This document shows, in pieces, positions 19,143 to 29,999 of a DNA stretch of 64,000 nt. Source of the DNA: Thermodesulfobacteriota bacterium (GTDB taxonomy: Bacteria; Desulfobacterota; Desulfarculia; JACQYL01); the NCBI GenBank assembly GCA_963675595.2, contig CAXXLZ010000002.1, positions 3,520,001 through 3,584,000 of the forward strand. Direction: 5' to 3'. The first letter of the stretch is position 1, and every line of letters begins with the position of its first letter. The position numbers and the translations under genes were made by a program. The notes beneath the pieces are model-generated. The model searched no databases. It had not been told where the DNA came from and saw only the letters and a program-made list of their open reading frames with translations.

Positions 19143-21377
19143 TCACGTGCCGGGAATGCGGAAAGGCAGGGAACGCAACGGTTTGCCCGTGGCGGACAGG
19201 ACGGCGTTGGCCACGGCCGGCGCCACGGGCGGCACCCCGAGTTCACCCACGCCGCAAGGTTGGTTTCCGCTCGGCAGGATGTGGACTTCCACCCTGGGAA
19301 CCCGGTTCATGCGCAACAAGGGATAGTCGTCGAAATTGCCTTGTCGGACGCGACCGTGTTTGATGGTGACTTGTTCGTTCAAGGCGGCCGACAGCCCGAA
19401 CAGAATGCCGCCCGTGATTTGAGATTCCACGATACCGGGGTGGATGGTTCTGCCGCAGTATACCGCGCAGACGATACGGTGGATCCTCAATTCGCGTCCT
19501 TGCTCAATGGAAAGCTCGGCCACTTGGGCGACGATGGCTCCGTTTCCATTGGCCTGCAGTGCGATCCCCCGATGCGTACCCAAAGACGGCGTTTTCCCCC
19601 ATCCCGATCGGTGTGCCGCCAATTCGAGTACTTCCCGATAGATACGAGAGCGTGACAGAAGTCTGAGGCGCAACGTCAAGGGGTCCAACCCACCGGCCAA
19701 TGCGATCTCGTCCAGGAAACATTCGATGGCGAAGGCCGTGGGGACGTACCCTACGCCTCGATGGGGACCCAAACGAAGGAAGGGGAAAAACGATTTCTGA
19801 AATAATCGGACCGACTTGATGGGGATGTCGTAGGGCACATCGTCCACACCCAACGCCAGCGTGGTGTAGGTGCCACAGCCCGCCAGACGATGGTCCCAGG
19901 ATATGGGCAGCCCATCGACTCCGATCTCTGCGGACATGCGATGACAAGACATGGGGCGGAAGCAATCCTCTTGCAGGTCGTCTTCGCGCAGGCGGCATAG
20001 TTTGACGGGACGACCGATGGATCGCGAAATCTGTGCGGCCTCGATGAGACAGTCGGGGGATAGACGGCGTCCGAATCCCCCTCCCATGGCCACGGTTTGA
20101 AGACGAACGGATTCCTCCGGCAGGCCGGTCCATGCAGAAGCGGCCTTCCGGAAACCCGCCGGGTCTTGGGCGGCGACCTGGAATTCCGCTTGGTCCTTCC
20201 GAACATCGGCGATGCAGCTCAGAGGCTCCGGCGTGACATGGGCGAGAAACGGGAGATGGTATACGGCACGAACGGTCTTCACCACTTCGGGCTTAGTGGT
20301 CCCCACATCGTTCTTGTCCACCAGAATCTCTCCGTTCTCTTGCAGAGTCCATTCTGCGAAGACGTCTGCGAGGGCACGGCTGTCCAAACCGGCGTTGGGG
20401 CCCGGTTCCCATTCCGCGACCAGCGCCTCCCTGCCTTGGACCGCGGACCAGGTATCCACCGCCACAACGGCCAGGCCGTTGATTCCGGGTGGAACCTCCC
20501 GAGGAACCGATAGGGCGTCGGATGAGCGTTTTTGGGGAGAAGTTGACGCCGTGTCGGGCGCCGCGTTCGGGGATTCCCGCAGATAACCCCACGGTCGTCG
20601 GTGGGCTTCGGACAGGGAAAACGTCAGGGGCACCACGTACCGGACTCCGGGAACGGACAGAGCCGAATCGGCGTCGAAGGACTTGAGCGCGCCTCCGATG
20701 ACCGGGGCATAGGCGGCGACCGCGACCAAGTCGCCCGGGGGACGGGCATCCCAGCCGTATTCCGCCCTGCCTGTGGCTTTTTCCCGAACCCCGGTGCGCT
20801 CAACGGGCTTTCCCACCAGGATAAATTCGGACGGGTTCTTGAGTCGAACACGTCTGGGAATCGGCAGGCAGGCGGCTAGAGGTGCGAGACTTCCGTAATC
20901 GGCTTCCCTGCCGCTGTGTTGGTGAATGACCCGTCCCTTGCCGGTTCGGCATTGGTCCGGTTCCACTTCCCACAGTCGGGCCGCGGCTTGAACGAGCATG
21001 TGTCTCGCGGTGGCTCCGACGATGCGCAGTCGGGTCCACATCAGATTCACGGATTGGCTGCCGTAGGTGATTCGGGGGGCGTAGACGGGATCCAGCGGTG
21101 CCCATTGGGTTCGGACCCGTGACCATTCCACGTCTAGTTCCTCCGCCACCAGCATGGGGAGGGCCGTATCGACTCCCTGCCCCATCTCGGCCCTGGAAAC
21201 ACAAATCGTGGTTTCGCCGTTGGAAGCGATACGTAGCCAGGCTCCCAAGGGAACATCGCCGTCCCCCTTTGCCGGAGAGGGAGTCGGTAAGGAGATGCCC
21301 AAGGCGAGACCGGCGCCGCTCAGCGTGGTGAGTTTGAGAAAGGTGCGACGAGAGACGGAAGTGAGGTCGGAATCCAT
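19143..21377 (-). CDS. Xanthine dehydrogenase-family molybdopterin subunit (IorB-like), Tat-exported
   Basis: SRRTFLK Tat motif, RAEMGQG, VAEELD, MGGGFGRR, GVGELGVPPVAPAVANA. Confidence 0.92.
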   Translation of the reverse strand: MDSDLTSVSRRTFLKLTTLSGAGLALGISLPTPSPAKGDGDVPLGAWLRIASNGETTICVSRAEMGQGVDTALPMLVAEELDVEWSRVRTQWAPLDPVYAPRITYGSQSVNLMWTRLRIVGATARHMLVQAAARLWEVEPDQCRTGKGRVIHQHSGREADYGSLAPLAACLPIPRRVRLKNPSEFILVGKPVERTGVREKATGRAEYGWDARPPGDLVAVAAYAPVIGGALKSFDADSALSVPGVRYVVPLTFSLSEAHRRPWGYLRESPNAAPDTASTSPQKRSSDALSVPREVPPGINGLAVVAVDTWSAVQGREALVAEWEPGPNAGLDSRALADVFAEWTLQENGEILVDKNDVGTTKPEVVKTVRAVYHLPFLAHVTPEPLSCIADVRKDQAEFQVAAQDPAGFRKAASAWTGLPEESVRLQTVAMGGGFGRRLSPDCLIEAAQISRSIGRPVKLCRLREDDLQEDCFRPMSCHRMSAEIGVDGLPISWDHRLAGCGTYTTLALGVDDVPYDIPIKSVRLFQKSFFPFLRLGPHRGVGYVPTAFAIECFLDEIALAGGLDPLTLRLRLLSRSRIYREVLELAAHRSGWGKTPSLGTHRGIALQANGNGAIVAQVAELSIEQGRELRIHRIVCAVYCGRTIHPGIVESQITGGILFGLSAALNEQVTIKHGRVRQGNFDDYPLLRMNRVPRVEVHILPSGNQPCGVGELGVPPVAPAVANAVLSATGKPLRSLPFRIPGT

Positions 21378-21483
21378 GCACACTACGTTTCGGTGATTTA
21401 AAGAAAAGAGCCGACCTGAAAAAACGGGGAATCTTGGAGAGATTCCTTGGTGCGCTCAGGTGATCAGGCCCATGGGGCGGTTC

Positions 21484-21963
21484 TCAGGAACCTGTTCCGT
21501 ATTCCTGGATTGCGGCCGATCGTGCGGCACGCCGGACGGCTCGTCGGATCCGATGATACGTCCCGCAACGACAAAGATTCGAGCTCATGGCGTCGTCGAT
21601 GTCGTGGTCCGTCGGGTCGGGCGTGTTCAGGGTGAGTGCGGTGGCTGAAATGATCCGACCGGGTCGGCAATAACCGCATTCAGGTACGTCTTCCTCGACC
21701 CAGCCTGAATCACGGGTTGGCTCTTCTCCCGGACCAAACCCTCAATGGTGACCCCGGACCCTCCTTGCACCCGCTCTATCGGAACGGAGCAGGACGGCAC
21801 CCCCCCGGCGGTTGAGGAGTACGTTGCAGGCGCCGCACAGGCCGATTCCGCATCCGTACTTGACGCCTTTGAGGCCGAGGTGGTCCCTCAACAATCACAA
21901 CAGGGGCGAGTCGGGCGGGACGTCGGTCTTGACCCGTCTTCCGTTAAGAAGAAGTTCAACCAT
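21484..21963 (-). pseudogene. [2Fe-2S] small subunit (IorA-like) pseudogene
   Basis: MVELLLNG...[26 protein letters not shown] / VPSC...TIEGL / [12 protein letters not shown]...NLCRCGTY. In-frame TGA at 21895-21897 plus two frameshifts. Confidence 0.88.
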
Positions 21964-22085
21964 GAGCGGTGACGTTTCGGTCTACGATCGCTTTTTTGGG
22001 GGCGGACACAGCCCCATGCAAGGGAATTCCTCCCCGGGTTTTCGGAACGGCCCGGCGGGCGCTTCCTCCATGTCCCATGGAAGCG

Positions 22086-22724
22086 CTATTGGAACTCGGT
22101 AAGCACTTTCATCGTAGCCTGCTCCACCGGAGCGCGAAGCAACTCGGGGCGCAGGGGAGAATCGACGGCTTCCGCCTTGGCCGTCCGTCCCGTCTTGACA
22201 TTTACCAGGAACACACGGATGGTAATCCACTCGCTTGCGCCTCTATCGAAGGAGTACATCAAAACCGCGTCCACTCCCAGTTTGCGGCCCGCTTCCATGA
22301 CCAGGGCCGTGCCGGGTTCGTACCATCCCGCCATGTCCTTGCGGACCCAGTAACGATTCACGCTGTTTTTGTCCGCCACCTCCATCGGAAGGGGCCGGCC
22401 GCGGTTCTCCAAATCGTAGTAGGAAACCGTGGGCTCGAAACCTTCCACCGATCGGATGCCCGAGGCCATGCCTTTCTTGATGGCCGCGGCATAGTCGGAA
22501 CCGATCCCCACAAGCCGCCAGGGGAAGACTGCGAGAGAGAGAGGCGCCTCATGTGTTTCGTCCGGCTGCGCCGTCGCTTCGGTATTTGAAGAATTCCCCG
22601 TGCGCGCCACGGCGGCGGAGGCTTCCAAGGAGAAGCCCGTTTGGGGGAACCCCCACGCAAACAGGCATGCCAATGCGATGAAAACCATGAAACGGAGTGT
22701 GTGCGGATTTTGGGAGGAGATCAT
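22086..22724 (-). CDS. Secreted hypothetical protein, possibly TolB-N/CsgG-like fold
   Basis: Signal peptide; LAVFPW...AGRKLGVDAVL...LVNVKTG pattern; GGAG RBS. Confidence 0.6.
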   Translation of the reverse strand: MISSQNPHTLRFMVFIALACLFAWGFPQTGFSLEASAAVARTGNSSNTEATAQPDETHEAPLSLAVFPWRLVGIGSDYAAAIKKGMASGIRSVEGFEPTVSYYDLENRGRPLPMEVADKNSVNRYWVRKDMAGWYEPGTALVMEAGRKLGVDAVLMYSFDRGASEWITIRVFLVNVKTGRTAKAEAVDSPLRPELLRAPVEQATMKVLTEFQ

Positions 22725-22743
22725 GTTGGAGACTCCTTCGAGT

Positions 22744-24696
22744 CTAGATTTTTAAGGAATCGATATCCCTGAAATATTCCAATGACTCGGGATTTCCCAG
22801 CGCGTCCTTGTTGAGTACCGGTTGGTCGTGAATCATGTTCCGAACAGCCATTTCCACCTTCTTTCCGCTGATCGTGTATGGGATATCCGGGACCGCGACG
22901 ATTTTGGACGGAACGTGGCGAGGCGAGGTGTTTTCTCGGATGGCCTTCTTGATCTTCGCGGCCAGCTCATCCGAGAATTGGACACCCTCCCGCAGCTTGA
23001 CGAACAGAACGATGCGTGTGTCTCCTTCCCAATCCTGACCGACCACAATGCTGTCCAATATCTCGTCGACGGTTTCGACCTGCCGATAGATTTCCGCGGT
23101 ACCGATGCGTACGCCAGCCGGATTCAAGGTCGCGTCCGAACGTCCGTGGATGATCACGCCCCCGGTGGAGGTGATCTCGATGTAGTCCCCGTGATGCCAA
23201 ACACCCGGAAACGCATCGAAATATGCGGCCCGGTATTTTTCGTTCTTCGGATCGTTCCAGAAATAGATGGGCATGGATGGGAAAGGCTTGACGCACACCA
23301 ATTCGCCTTTTTCGTTCATCACCTCTTTGCCTTCGGCGTTATATGCTTTGACGGCCATGCCCAGACCCCGGCATTGCAGCTCACCGGCATAAACCGCGCC
23401 GATGGGGTTGCCCAAGGCGAAACACCCGATAATGTCCGTACCTCCGGAAATGGAGGACAGGCAGAGGTCCTGTTTCACTTCCCGGTACACGTACTCGAAG
23501 CTTTCCACGGATAAGGGGGAACCCGTGGACAGGACGGCGTGGAGGAATTCCAGATCGAATTCTTTTTTCGGTTTCACGACGGCTTTTTCCACAGCGGCGA
23601 GATACCGGGCGCTGGTGCCGAAAACGGTGATGCCCATATCCTGAGCCATGCGCCACATGGCTTTAGGGTCCGGGTAGAAAGGGGACCCGTCGTACAGGAC
23701 CATCGTGGCCCCGGAAGCCAACCCGCTGACCAACCAGTTCCACATCATCCATCCACAAGTGGTGAAATAGAACAGCACGTCGTTGCGCGTGATGTTGGTA
23801 TGCAGCACGTGTTCCTTGAGATGCTGAAGCAGGGTCCCCCCCGCGCCGTGAACGATGCATTTGGGGACTCCGGTGGTTCCGGACGAGTACATGATGTACA
23901 GAGGATGGTCAAAGGGGAGTTGGGCGAACTCGATGGGCTTCGCCGGTGTTTTGGACAAGAATTCGTTGTAGCCGACCCCATTGGACAGGAGGGAAAGATC
24001 CGGATGCTCTTCCGTAAGGGGAATGATCACCACCTTTTCAATGGAAGGAATCTCAGTCGTGATTTGTCGTACTCGTTCCAGGGAGTCGTGGGCTTTCCCG
24101 TTGTAATAGTATCCATTGGCCGCAAAGAGAATCTTGGGTTCGATCTGACCGAAACGGTCCAGAACCCCCTTGATTCCAAAATCGGGTGAACAGGAACTCC
24201 AGATGGCCCCGATACTCGAAGCGGCCAGCATGGCCACCACGGTTTCGAGCATGTTGGGGGTGTATCCGGCCACCCGATCGCCCGCCTTGACACCGGCCTC
24301 CCGCAGGGATGTCGCCAAGCGCGCCGTCTCGTCGTAGAGTTGGGCATAGCTCATGGTTCTGGGTTCCAGGTCTTCGCCCTGGAAGATGAGTGCCGTATGG
24401 CCATCGCGATGGCGAAGTAGATTCTCGGCGAAATTCAGCTCGGCGCCCTGAAACCATTTCGCTCCCGGCATCTTGGTGGGATCGTCGACCACTTGAGAGT
24501 AAGGCGAAGAGGCGACCACCTCGCAGAAATCCCATACGGCGGCCCAGAATCGGTCGATTTCGGTGGTACTCCATTGGTACAGCTCATCATACCCGGCAAA
24601 AGTCTTGCCCTCCTTTTCCGTGACGAATCGCATGAACCGTGTGAGATTGGCTCGCTCGATCCTTTCTTTGGACGGCTGCCACAAGAGTTTTGCCAT
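22744..24696 (-). CDS. Acetoacetate--CoA ligase
   Basis: LNFAENLL, YIMYSSGTTGVPKCIVH, TTCGWMMWNW, SISGGTD, GRSDATLNPAGVRIGTAEIY. Confidence 0.95.
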   Translation of the reverse strand: MAKLLWQPSKERIERANLTRFMRFVTEKEGKTFAGYDELYQWSTTEIDRFWAAVWDFCEVVASSPYSQVVDDPTKMPGAKWFQGAELNFAENLLRHRDGHTALIFQGEDLEPRTMSYAQLYDETARLATSLREAGVKAGDRVAGYTPNMLETVVAMLAASSIGAIWSSCSPDFGIKGVLDRFGQIEPKILFAANGYYYNGKAHDSLERVRQITTEIPSIEKVVIIPLTEEHPDLSLLSNGVGYNEFLSKTPAKPIEFAQLPFDHPLYIMYSSGTTGVPKCIVHGAGGTLLQHLKEHVLHTNITRNDVLFYFTTCGWMMWNWLVSGLASGATMVLYDGSPFYPDPKAMWRMAQDMGITVFGTSARYLAAVEKAVVKPKKEFDLEFLHAVLSTGSPLSVESFEYVYREVKQDLCLSSISGGTDIIGCFALGNPIGAVYAGELQCRGLGMAVKAYNAEGKEVMNEKGELVCVKPFPSMPIYFWNDPKNEKYRAAYFDAFPGVWHHGDYIEITSTGGVIIHGRSDATLNPAGVRIGTAEIYRQVETVDEILDSIVVGQDWEGDTRIVLFVKLREGVQFSDELAAKIKKAIRENTSPRHVPSKIVAVPDIPYTISGKKVEMAVRNMIHDQPVLNKDALGNPESLEYFRDIDSLKI

Positions 24697-24860
24697 GGTT
24701 TCCTCCTTCGGTCGAAATCGACCCGCGTCCTTGGAAGAGGAGTCCTCCCCCAGGCGATAGAGCAGTGATGGAACAGCCTTGTTCTCTTCCTTTTATGTCT
24801 GTGGGCTTCTCCGGTCAATCGCGAGAAAGGATCGGATTACGCCTGCAAGAGGAATGGATG

Positions 24861-25982
24861 TCATTTGAGCGGCGGGAGAGGCACCAGCTCGTACGTGCGA
24901 CTTCCCAATCCCAGGGATTCGGCGTAAGTCAACTGAATTTCCCAGTCCACCTTGGGGTACAAGCCCCGAAACTTGTCCTGGGCGCATTCCGTCTTTCCTT
25001 CGAGACACGAACCCGCGAGGATGCTTCTTTGGTTTACGAGGTCCGCGGAAGCCTGATCAATGGCTACCGGATCGGTGGAGGCGAGAATGCCGATATCCGG
25101 AACGATGGGCGCGTCACAATGGCCGTAACAATCGCATGCAGGCGAAATCTGGGTAAGAAAGTTCAGAAAGACGCTCTTCTCCTTTTTTCCGGCCAGCACC
25201 GCTTGCGTGTATTCCACCATCTTTTCCAGAAAGATCGGGATATCCTGGCTCCACTGGATTTGAATCGCTTGTTGCGGACAGATCAAAATACATTCGCCAC
25301 AGCCGACGCATTTCTCCGGATCGATGTAGGACTTCTTATCCTCATCGAGAGAGATGGCCTGCTGTGCGCAGTGCTCCACGCAATCGCCGCAGCCGATGCA
25401 CCTTTTTCGAGAAACCTTGGGCCCCAGGTTGGAATGTTGCTCCAGTTTTCCTTTACGTGACGCGCAACCCATTCCGAGGTTCTTAATGGTGCCTCCGAAT
25501 CCGGAGAGTTCGTGCCCCTTGAAATGGGCCAGACTCACCAGTGCGTCGGCATGAACCACTTCGGAACCGATGGACGCGCTGGTGAAATGTTTTCCCCGGA
25601 CGGGAACATCGACATACGAGCCTCCGTACAAGCCGTCGGCGATGATCAACGGTGCGCCCACCACGGAGAACGCGAATCCGTGTTCGACCGCCGTGGTCAG
25701 GTGAGATACCGCGTCGCTGCGGGTTCCCACATAGAGGGTGTTGGCGTCGGTGATGAAAGGGCGGGTCTCCAGGGCCTTCAATCGATCCACCACCTGCCGA
25801 ACGAAAATGGGACGGATGAAAGCGGTATTGCCTTTTTCCCCAAAGTGCAGTTTGACCGCCACGGCATCGCGCGGGGATACTTTCTTCTCGAGTTCAACCA
25901 TATCGAGAAGGCGGAGAATCTTGGCATAGAGATTCTCCTTGGGGTCCGCTCTCATGTCTGAAAAAAACACGCTGCTGCTCAT
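24861..25982 (-). CDS. DUF362 Fe-S protein with a 2x[4Fe-4S] ferredoxin insert
   Basis: KLHFGE, HFKGHE, CIGCGDC..C, CVGCGEC...CP, CDC, DPVAIDQA. Confidence 0.9.
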   Translation of the reverse strand: MSSSVFFSDMRADPKENLYAKILRLLDMVELEKKVSPRDAVAVKLHFGEKGNTAFIRPIFVRQVVDRLKALETRPFITDANTLYVGTRSDAVSHLTTAVEHGFAFSVVGAPLIIADGLYGGSYVDVPVRGKHFTSASIGSEVVHADALVSLAHFKGHELSGFGGTIKNLGMGCASRKGKLEQHSNLGPKVSRKRCIGCGDCVEHCAQQAISLDEDKKSYIDPEKCVGCGECILICPQQAIQIQWSQDIPIFLEKMVEYTQAVLAGKKEKSVFLNFLTQISPACDCYGHCDAPIVPDIGILASTDPVAIDQASADLVNQRSILAGSCLEGKTECAQDKFRGLYPKVDWEIQLTYAESLGLGSRTYELVPLPPLK

Positions 25983-26021
25983 GAACACTCCTCCTGATGC
26001 AGATGGAAAAGGGCTTGCGCC

Positions 26022-28214
26022 TTAGGACGAGGGTCCCGTGGGAATGAAATAGCACGGGAGCTTGACGATAAAGGAGGCCCCTTTGCCCGGCAGGTTTTCC
26101 ACAATGATGTCTCCCTGGTGACGGGTAACGATCTTGTGGACGATGGCCAATCCCAGCCCCGACCCTTGGGCTTTGGTGGTGAAAAAGGGATTGAAAATAT
26201 TGTGAAGGATCTCGGCGGGTATTCCTCCGCCCGTGTCTTGAACCACGCAGGTGATGAAATCCTTACCCTGCTCGCTTGTGGTCAGGGTCCTTATGTGGAG
26301 CACGGAGCCGGGCTCCATGGCCTGCACGGCGTTGAGGCACAGATTGAAAAACACATGACGAATTTGCCTACGGTCACCGAATGCCCGAGGCAGGTCCCCG
26401 AAATCCTTGACAGCCACAATGCGTCTTTCTTCCATGTCCAGTCGCAGATGCAGCAGCGCCTCCACAATGGTGGAATTCAGGTCGAAATACTGAAAGGATC
26501 CGGTGGAGTCGTAAGAGAAATCAAGCACGTCCTTGAGCGTGTTTTCCAGACGGCTCACCTCGTTGACGATGAGATCCGCATAATTTTTGGAATCGGTGCC
26601 GGCATCCATTTGTCTTGCCAGCCTTCGGGCAAATCCTCCTATGGAAACCAGAGGATTTCGGATTTCATGGGCGATTCCACCGGCGATTTCTCCCAGGGCG
26701 GCCATTTTCTCCGTCTCGATGAGCCGCTCCCGAGCGTCTTTCAGCTCACGGTTTACGTTTTCAATGAAGGCGTAAAGACGGCTGTTTTCAAGGGCCAGAC
26801 CCGCCTGACGGGTGAGCATGCATAGATTCTGTAATTCGTCCTCGGTCACTCGGCGGCCTGTCGGAAAATGGTCGGCCAACACGGTGCCGATCCTCTTTCC
26901 CTTCGCCCGAAGCGGCACGGCCACATAGGGTTGGCTGAGCATATCCGCCAAGGGAGCCGGCGGGGACGATACCTTTTTTGGGTCTTTTACGTTGCGGGGT
27001 TCCGGGGTGATGAGACAGGTGGCGGGTGGACCCGACTCGACGGCGTACGGGATGGTGATTTCGCCTTCCCCGCATGGAGGAAAACCCTCGGCTGATGAAG
27101 CCTCGTCTGAAGCGTTCGTTCGAACTCGGCACTGATGGAGTTTCAGCCTTTTTTCTTCGGTGTCCAGAAGGAGGATGATGGCCCGGCTAAAGCCCAGTGC
27201 TTCCGAGTGGATAATGGCGTTCAGAACGATGTCCAGAATTTCTTCGAAGTCGACCGTGGTCATCATGGCGCTCGAGATATCGTAGAGCGAACTGAGGGTC
27301 TTGACCATGACTTCGTTTCGATGGGCCAGTGTCTCCATCTCGGTGAACATGATGGATTTGTCCAGCGCACTCGATATGAAAGAGCTTACCGTCTTAAGCA
27401 GGCTCTCGTCTTCGGCGTCGAACGGTCGGGTCTCGCCGGCCTGCCAGGCGACCTTGTCCATGACGCAGAGGTCGCCCGAACAACCTTTCCGCAGATCTAA
27501 ACTTACGCAAAGAGGCGGAAGAGGGGACTGAGGTTTGCTGCCGAACGTGGCCTGCGCAATGACCTGTTGATGCTTGTCCAAGACCGTAAAGGCCGCCCAG
27601 CGGGCGCTCACGAGATGCGCACAGATGGTCACAAGGCTCCGAACCATGGGGCCCGGCGCCGTGGCGGCCGAGATGGCTTTGCTGACTTCGAACAGCGCGT
27701 TGAGCTCCATGACGCGCCGTTTGGCTTCCATGGATACACGAAAATTTTGCAGGGCCCCGCCTACCTCGACGCCGATCACATGCAGAAGTTCCGTTGTTTC
27801 GGGGGTGAGGTAGTATTCATTCGTATGGAGGAAGGTCATGACACCGTAGAGAAAGGTGTCGTCGGAAACGGGCAGGGCCAGAATTGAACGGGTGTCCTTG
27901 ACGGCGCTCGACTTCTCGGAAACGGGAGGCCCCTGCACGACCTTTCGCTCCAGCCCGGCCGTGCCCAGCAAGTCCTCCCCGAGTTTGTAGGATTTCCGGA
28001 AGGGCCAATCCTCGATTTCGTCGCCGGCAAACTGCAGGACGAGGGTATCTTGTTCCATGTTGAGTAAAAACAGAAACCCGCTTTCAAAACCCAATTCCGC
28101 AGCGGTGGTTTTGAGGATGTTCTGCAATTTCTTTTCGAAGCGAACTCTGGAGTTGGCAATACGAATCACCTTCTCCAGGAGCCCCGAACCGCGTCTATTC
28201 AGGTCTTCCATCAT
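26022..28214 (-). CDS. Cytoplasmic multi-GAF sensor histidine kinase
   Basis: H-box AHEIRNPL, NAVQAM, DTGGGI, FNPFFTTK, GSGLGL; N-terminal GAF segments. Confidence 0.93.
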   Translation of the reverse strand: MMEDLNRRGSGLLEKVIRIANSRVRFEKKLQNILKTTAAELGFESGFLFLLNMEQDTLVLQFAGDEIEDWPFRKSYKLGEDLLGTAGLERKVVQGPPVSEKSSAVKDTRSILALPVSDDTFLYGVMTFLHTNEYYLTPETTELLHVIGVEVGGALQNFRVSMEAKRRVMELNALFEVSKAISAATAPGPMVRSLVTICAHLVSARWAAFTVLDKHQQVIAQATFGSKPQSPLPPLCVSLDLRKGCSGDLCVMDKVAWQAGETRPFDAEDESLLKTVSSFISSALDKSIMFTEMETLAHRNEVMVKTLSSLYDISSAMMTTVDFEEILDIVLNAIIHSEALGFSRAIILLLDTEEKRLKLHQCRVRTNASDEASSAEGFPPCGEGEITIPYAVESGPPATCLITPEPRNVKDPKKVSSPPAPLADMLSQPYVAVPLRAKGKRIGTVLADHFPTGRRVTEDELQNLCMLTRQAGLALENSRLYAFIENVNRELKDARERLIETEKMAALGEIAGGIAHEIRNPLVSIGGFARRLARQMDAGTDSKNYADLIVNEVSRLENTLKDVLDFSYDSTGSFQYFDLNSTIVEALLHLRLDMEERRIVAVKDFGDLPRAFGDRRQIRHVFFNLCLNAVQAMEPGSVLHIRTLTTSEQGKDFITCVVQDTGGGIPAEILHNIFNPFFTTKAQGSGLGLAIVHKIVTRHQGDIIVENLPGKGASFIVKLPCYFIPTGPSS

Positions 28215-28221
28215 GGCTTTT

Positions 28222-29673
28222 CTACACCCCTTTCAGGGTGCTTTCGTAAATGCGCTCATATTCCCGCGCCGAGCTTTCCCAGGAGAATTCTTTCTCCATG
28301 GCGTTCTTCATGAGCCGTTCCCAATGCTCCTGCTCGCCATAAAATCCTACCGCCTTTTCGAGGCACGCGGCGAGTGCGCCCCCGGAGTATTCCCGGAATT
28401 TGAATCCGGTACCCATGCCGGTGTCCGGGTCGTATTCCTCGATGGTCTCGTCCAGGCCGCCGGTGGCCCTCACCACGGGGATGGTTCCGTAACGGAGTCC
28501 GTAGAGCTGATCCAGTCCGCAAGGCTCGTATTTGGCCGGGTTCAGGAATATGTCCGCCCCGGCTTGGATGCGATGGGCTTCTTCGTCGTCAAAAGGCATG
28601 GAAACGGCCAACCGGCCCGGATATTTTTCCGACATCTTTTCCAGAAAACCGTGGTATCGGTCTTCCCCTTTTCCCATGATGATGAATCGGAGGCCCATTG
28701 CGATGAGTCGATCGAAGACTTCGGCCAACAGATCAAAACCTTTGCGGTTTACCAGACGTGAGATCATGGCCACCACGGGTCCGGAGTCTCCGGAATCCAA
28801 GCGGTGCCTTTTCACGAGAGCCTCTTTGCAGAGAGCTTTGGGTTTCGAATCGACAACACCGTAGTTGGCCGGGATACAAGGATCGTTTGAAGGATCCCAG
28901 CGTTCGTAATCAACACCATGGAGTACGGCGGACAGGTGGCGTCGTCTGCTCGTGACGACACCGTCCAGGCCGAATCCCAATTCAGGGGTAAGAATCTCGT
29001 CCGCGTACTTGTGACTGACGGTGGTGATTCGGTCGGCGAATATGATTCCGGCCTTCATGAGGTTGATATGGCCGTGAAATTCGATGCCGTCGATGGTGAA
29101 ATATTCCCATCCCAGGCCGGTAAGATGCATGTCCAGGCTCCAGAAGATTCCCTGATTTCCCAGGTTGTGGATGGTGAACACGCTCCGTGCTTCTTTGAAC
29201 CGGGGTACATCGCGGTACAAGCTCTTCAGGTAAAGCGGCGTCAGACCCGTCTGCCAGTCGTTACAGTGGATGATTTGGGGATTGATATCCAACTCGAGGC
29301 AAAGCTCCGGTACGGCTCTCGAGAAAAAGATGAACCGCTCCGCGTTGTCTTCATAATCCCCGTATTCGTTTCCGTAGAGACCGCTCCGGTTGTAGAGCTC
29401 GTCCTTTCGAATCAGATGGACGGTGACCGAGTCTCCGATTCGGGAGCGGTACAGTCTCGCCTCCTCCGTGCGATGAGAGATGGGTACTCGGACGGTTCTG
29501 CCCGTGAACTCGGAAAGTATCCCGCACTTTTCCGCTTGGCGGTACATGGGTGTGACCACGTGCACCTCGTGACCCAAAGCGGCCAAGGCCTTGGGGAGGC
29601 AATGTGAGACGTCGGCCAGCCCACCTGCTTTGGCGAAAGGGGCCACCTCGGATGAAACGAAAAGAATGCGCAT
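28222..29673 (-). CDS. glgA: Glycogen synthase
   Basis: EVAPFAKAGGLADV, HCNDWQT, EPCGL, TGGL. Confidence 0.96.
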   Translation of the reverse strand: MRILFVSSEVAPFAKAGGLADVSHCLPKALAALGHEVHVVTPMYRQAEKCGILSEFTGRTVRVPISHRTEEARLYRSRIGDSVTVHLIRKDELYNRSGLYGNEYGDYEDNAERFIFFSRAVPELCLELDINPQIIHCNDWQTGLTPLYLKSLYRDVPRFKEARSVFTIHNLGNQGIFWSLDMHLTGLGWEYFTIDGIEFHGHINLMKAGIIFADRITTVSHKYADEILTPELGFGLDGVVTSRRRHLSAVLHGVDYERWDPSNDPCIPANYGVVDSKPKALCKEALVKRHRLDSGDSGPVVAMISRLVNRKGFDLLAEVFDRLIAMGLRFIIMGKGEDRYHGFLEKMSEKYPGRLAVSMPFDDEEAHRIQAGADIFLNPAKYEPCGLDQLYGLRYGTIPVVRATGGLDETIEEYDPDTGMGTGFKFREYSGGALAACLEKAVGFYGEQEHWERLMKNAMEKEFSWESSAREYERIYESTLKGV

Positions 29674-29999
29674 AATCCGGGCTCTGCTAAGCGTTTATTG
29701 TCGTTACTTTTTACAAAGTAAGAAATTCTATCTCAGTGGTCGGGAAAAAACAAGGAGGCGGTCTTCCACAGGAGGCGGTCTTCCACGGAGTCACGACGTT
29801 CGGCGCATCCATGACCGACCGCATGGCCCGAAATACTCCTCACTTTGCGGGTTGGATGAGAATTCTTTGAAGAAGGGCCCCTCGGGCAAGAGACTCCGGA
29901 GGCTGCGGGCGGTGCGGTGATGGATTTTGAAGGCAGTGGAGACTGAACGGGATGGTCGCGTCCCCGTTGGTGCTCGGTCTTCTCGGTGGGACCGGCCGT

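Noticed and set aside
21895-21897. In-frame TGA as possible selenocysteine
   Set aside because: It sits at a conserved Trp position (PLLW), not a Cys, and the gene also has two frameshifts
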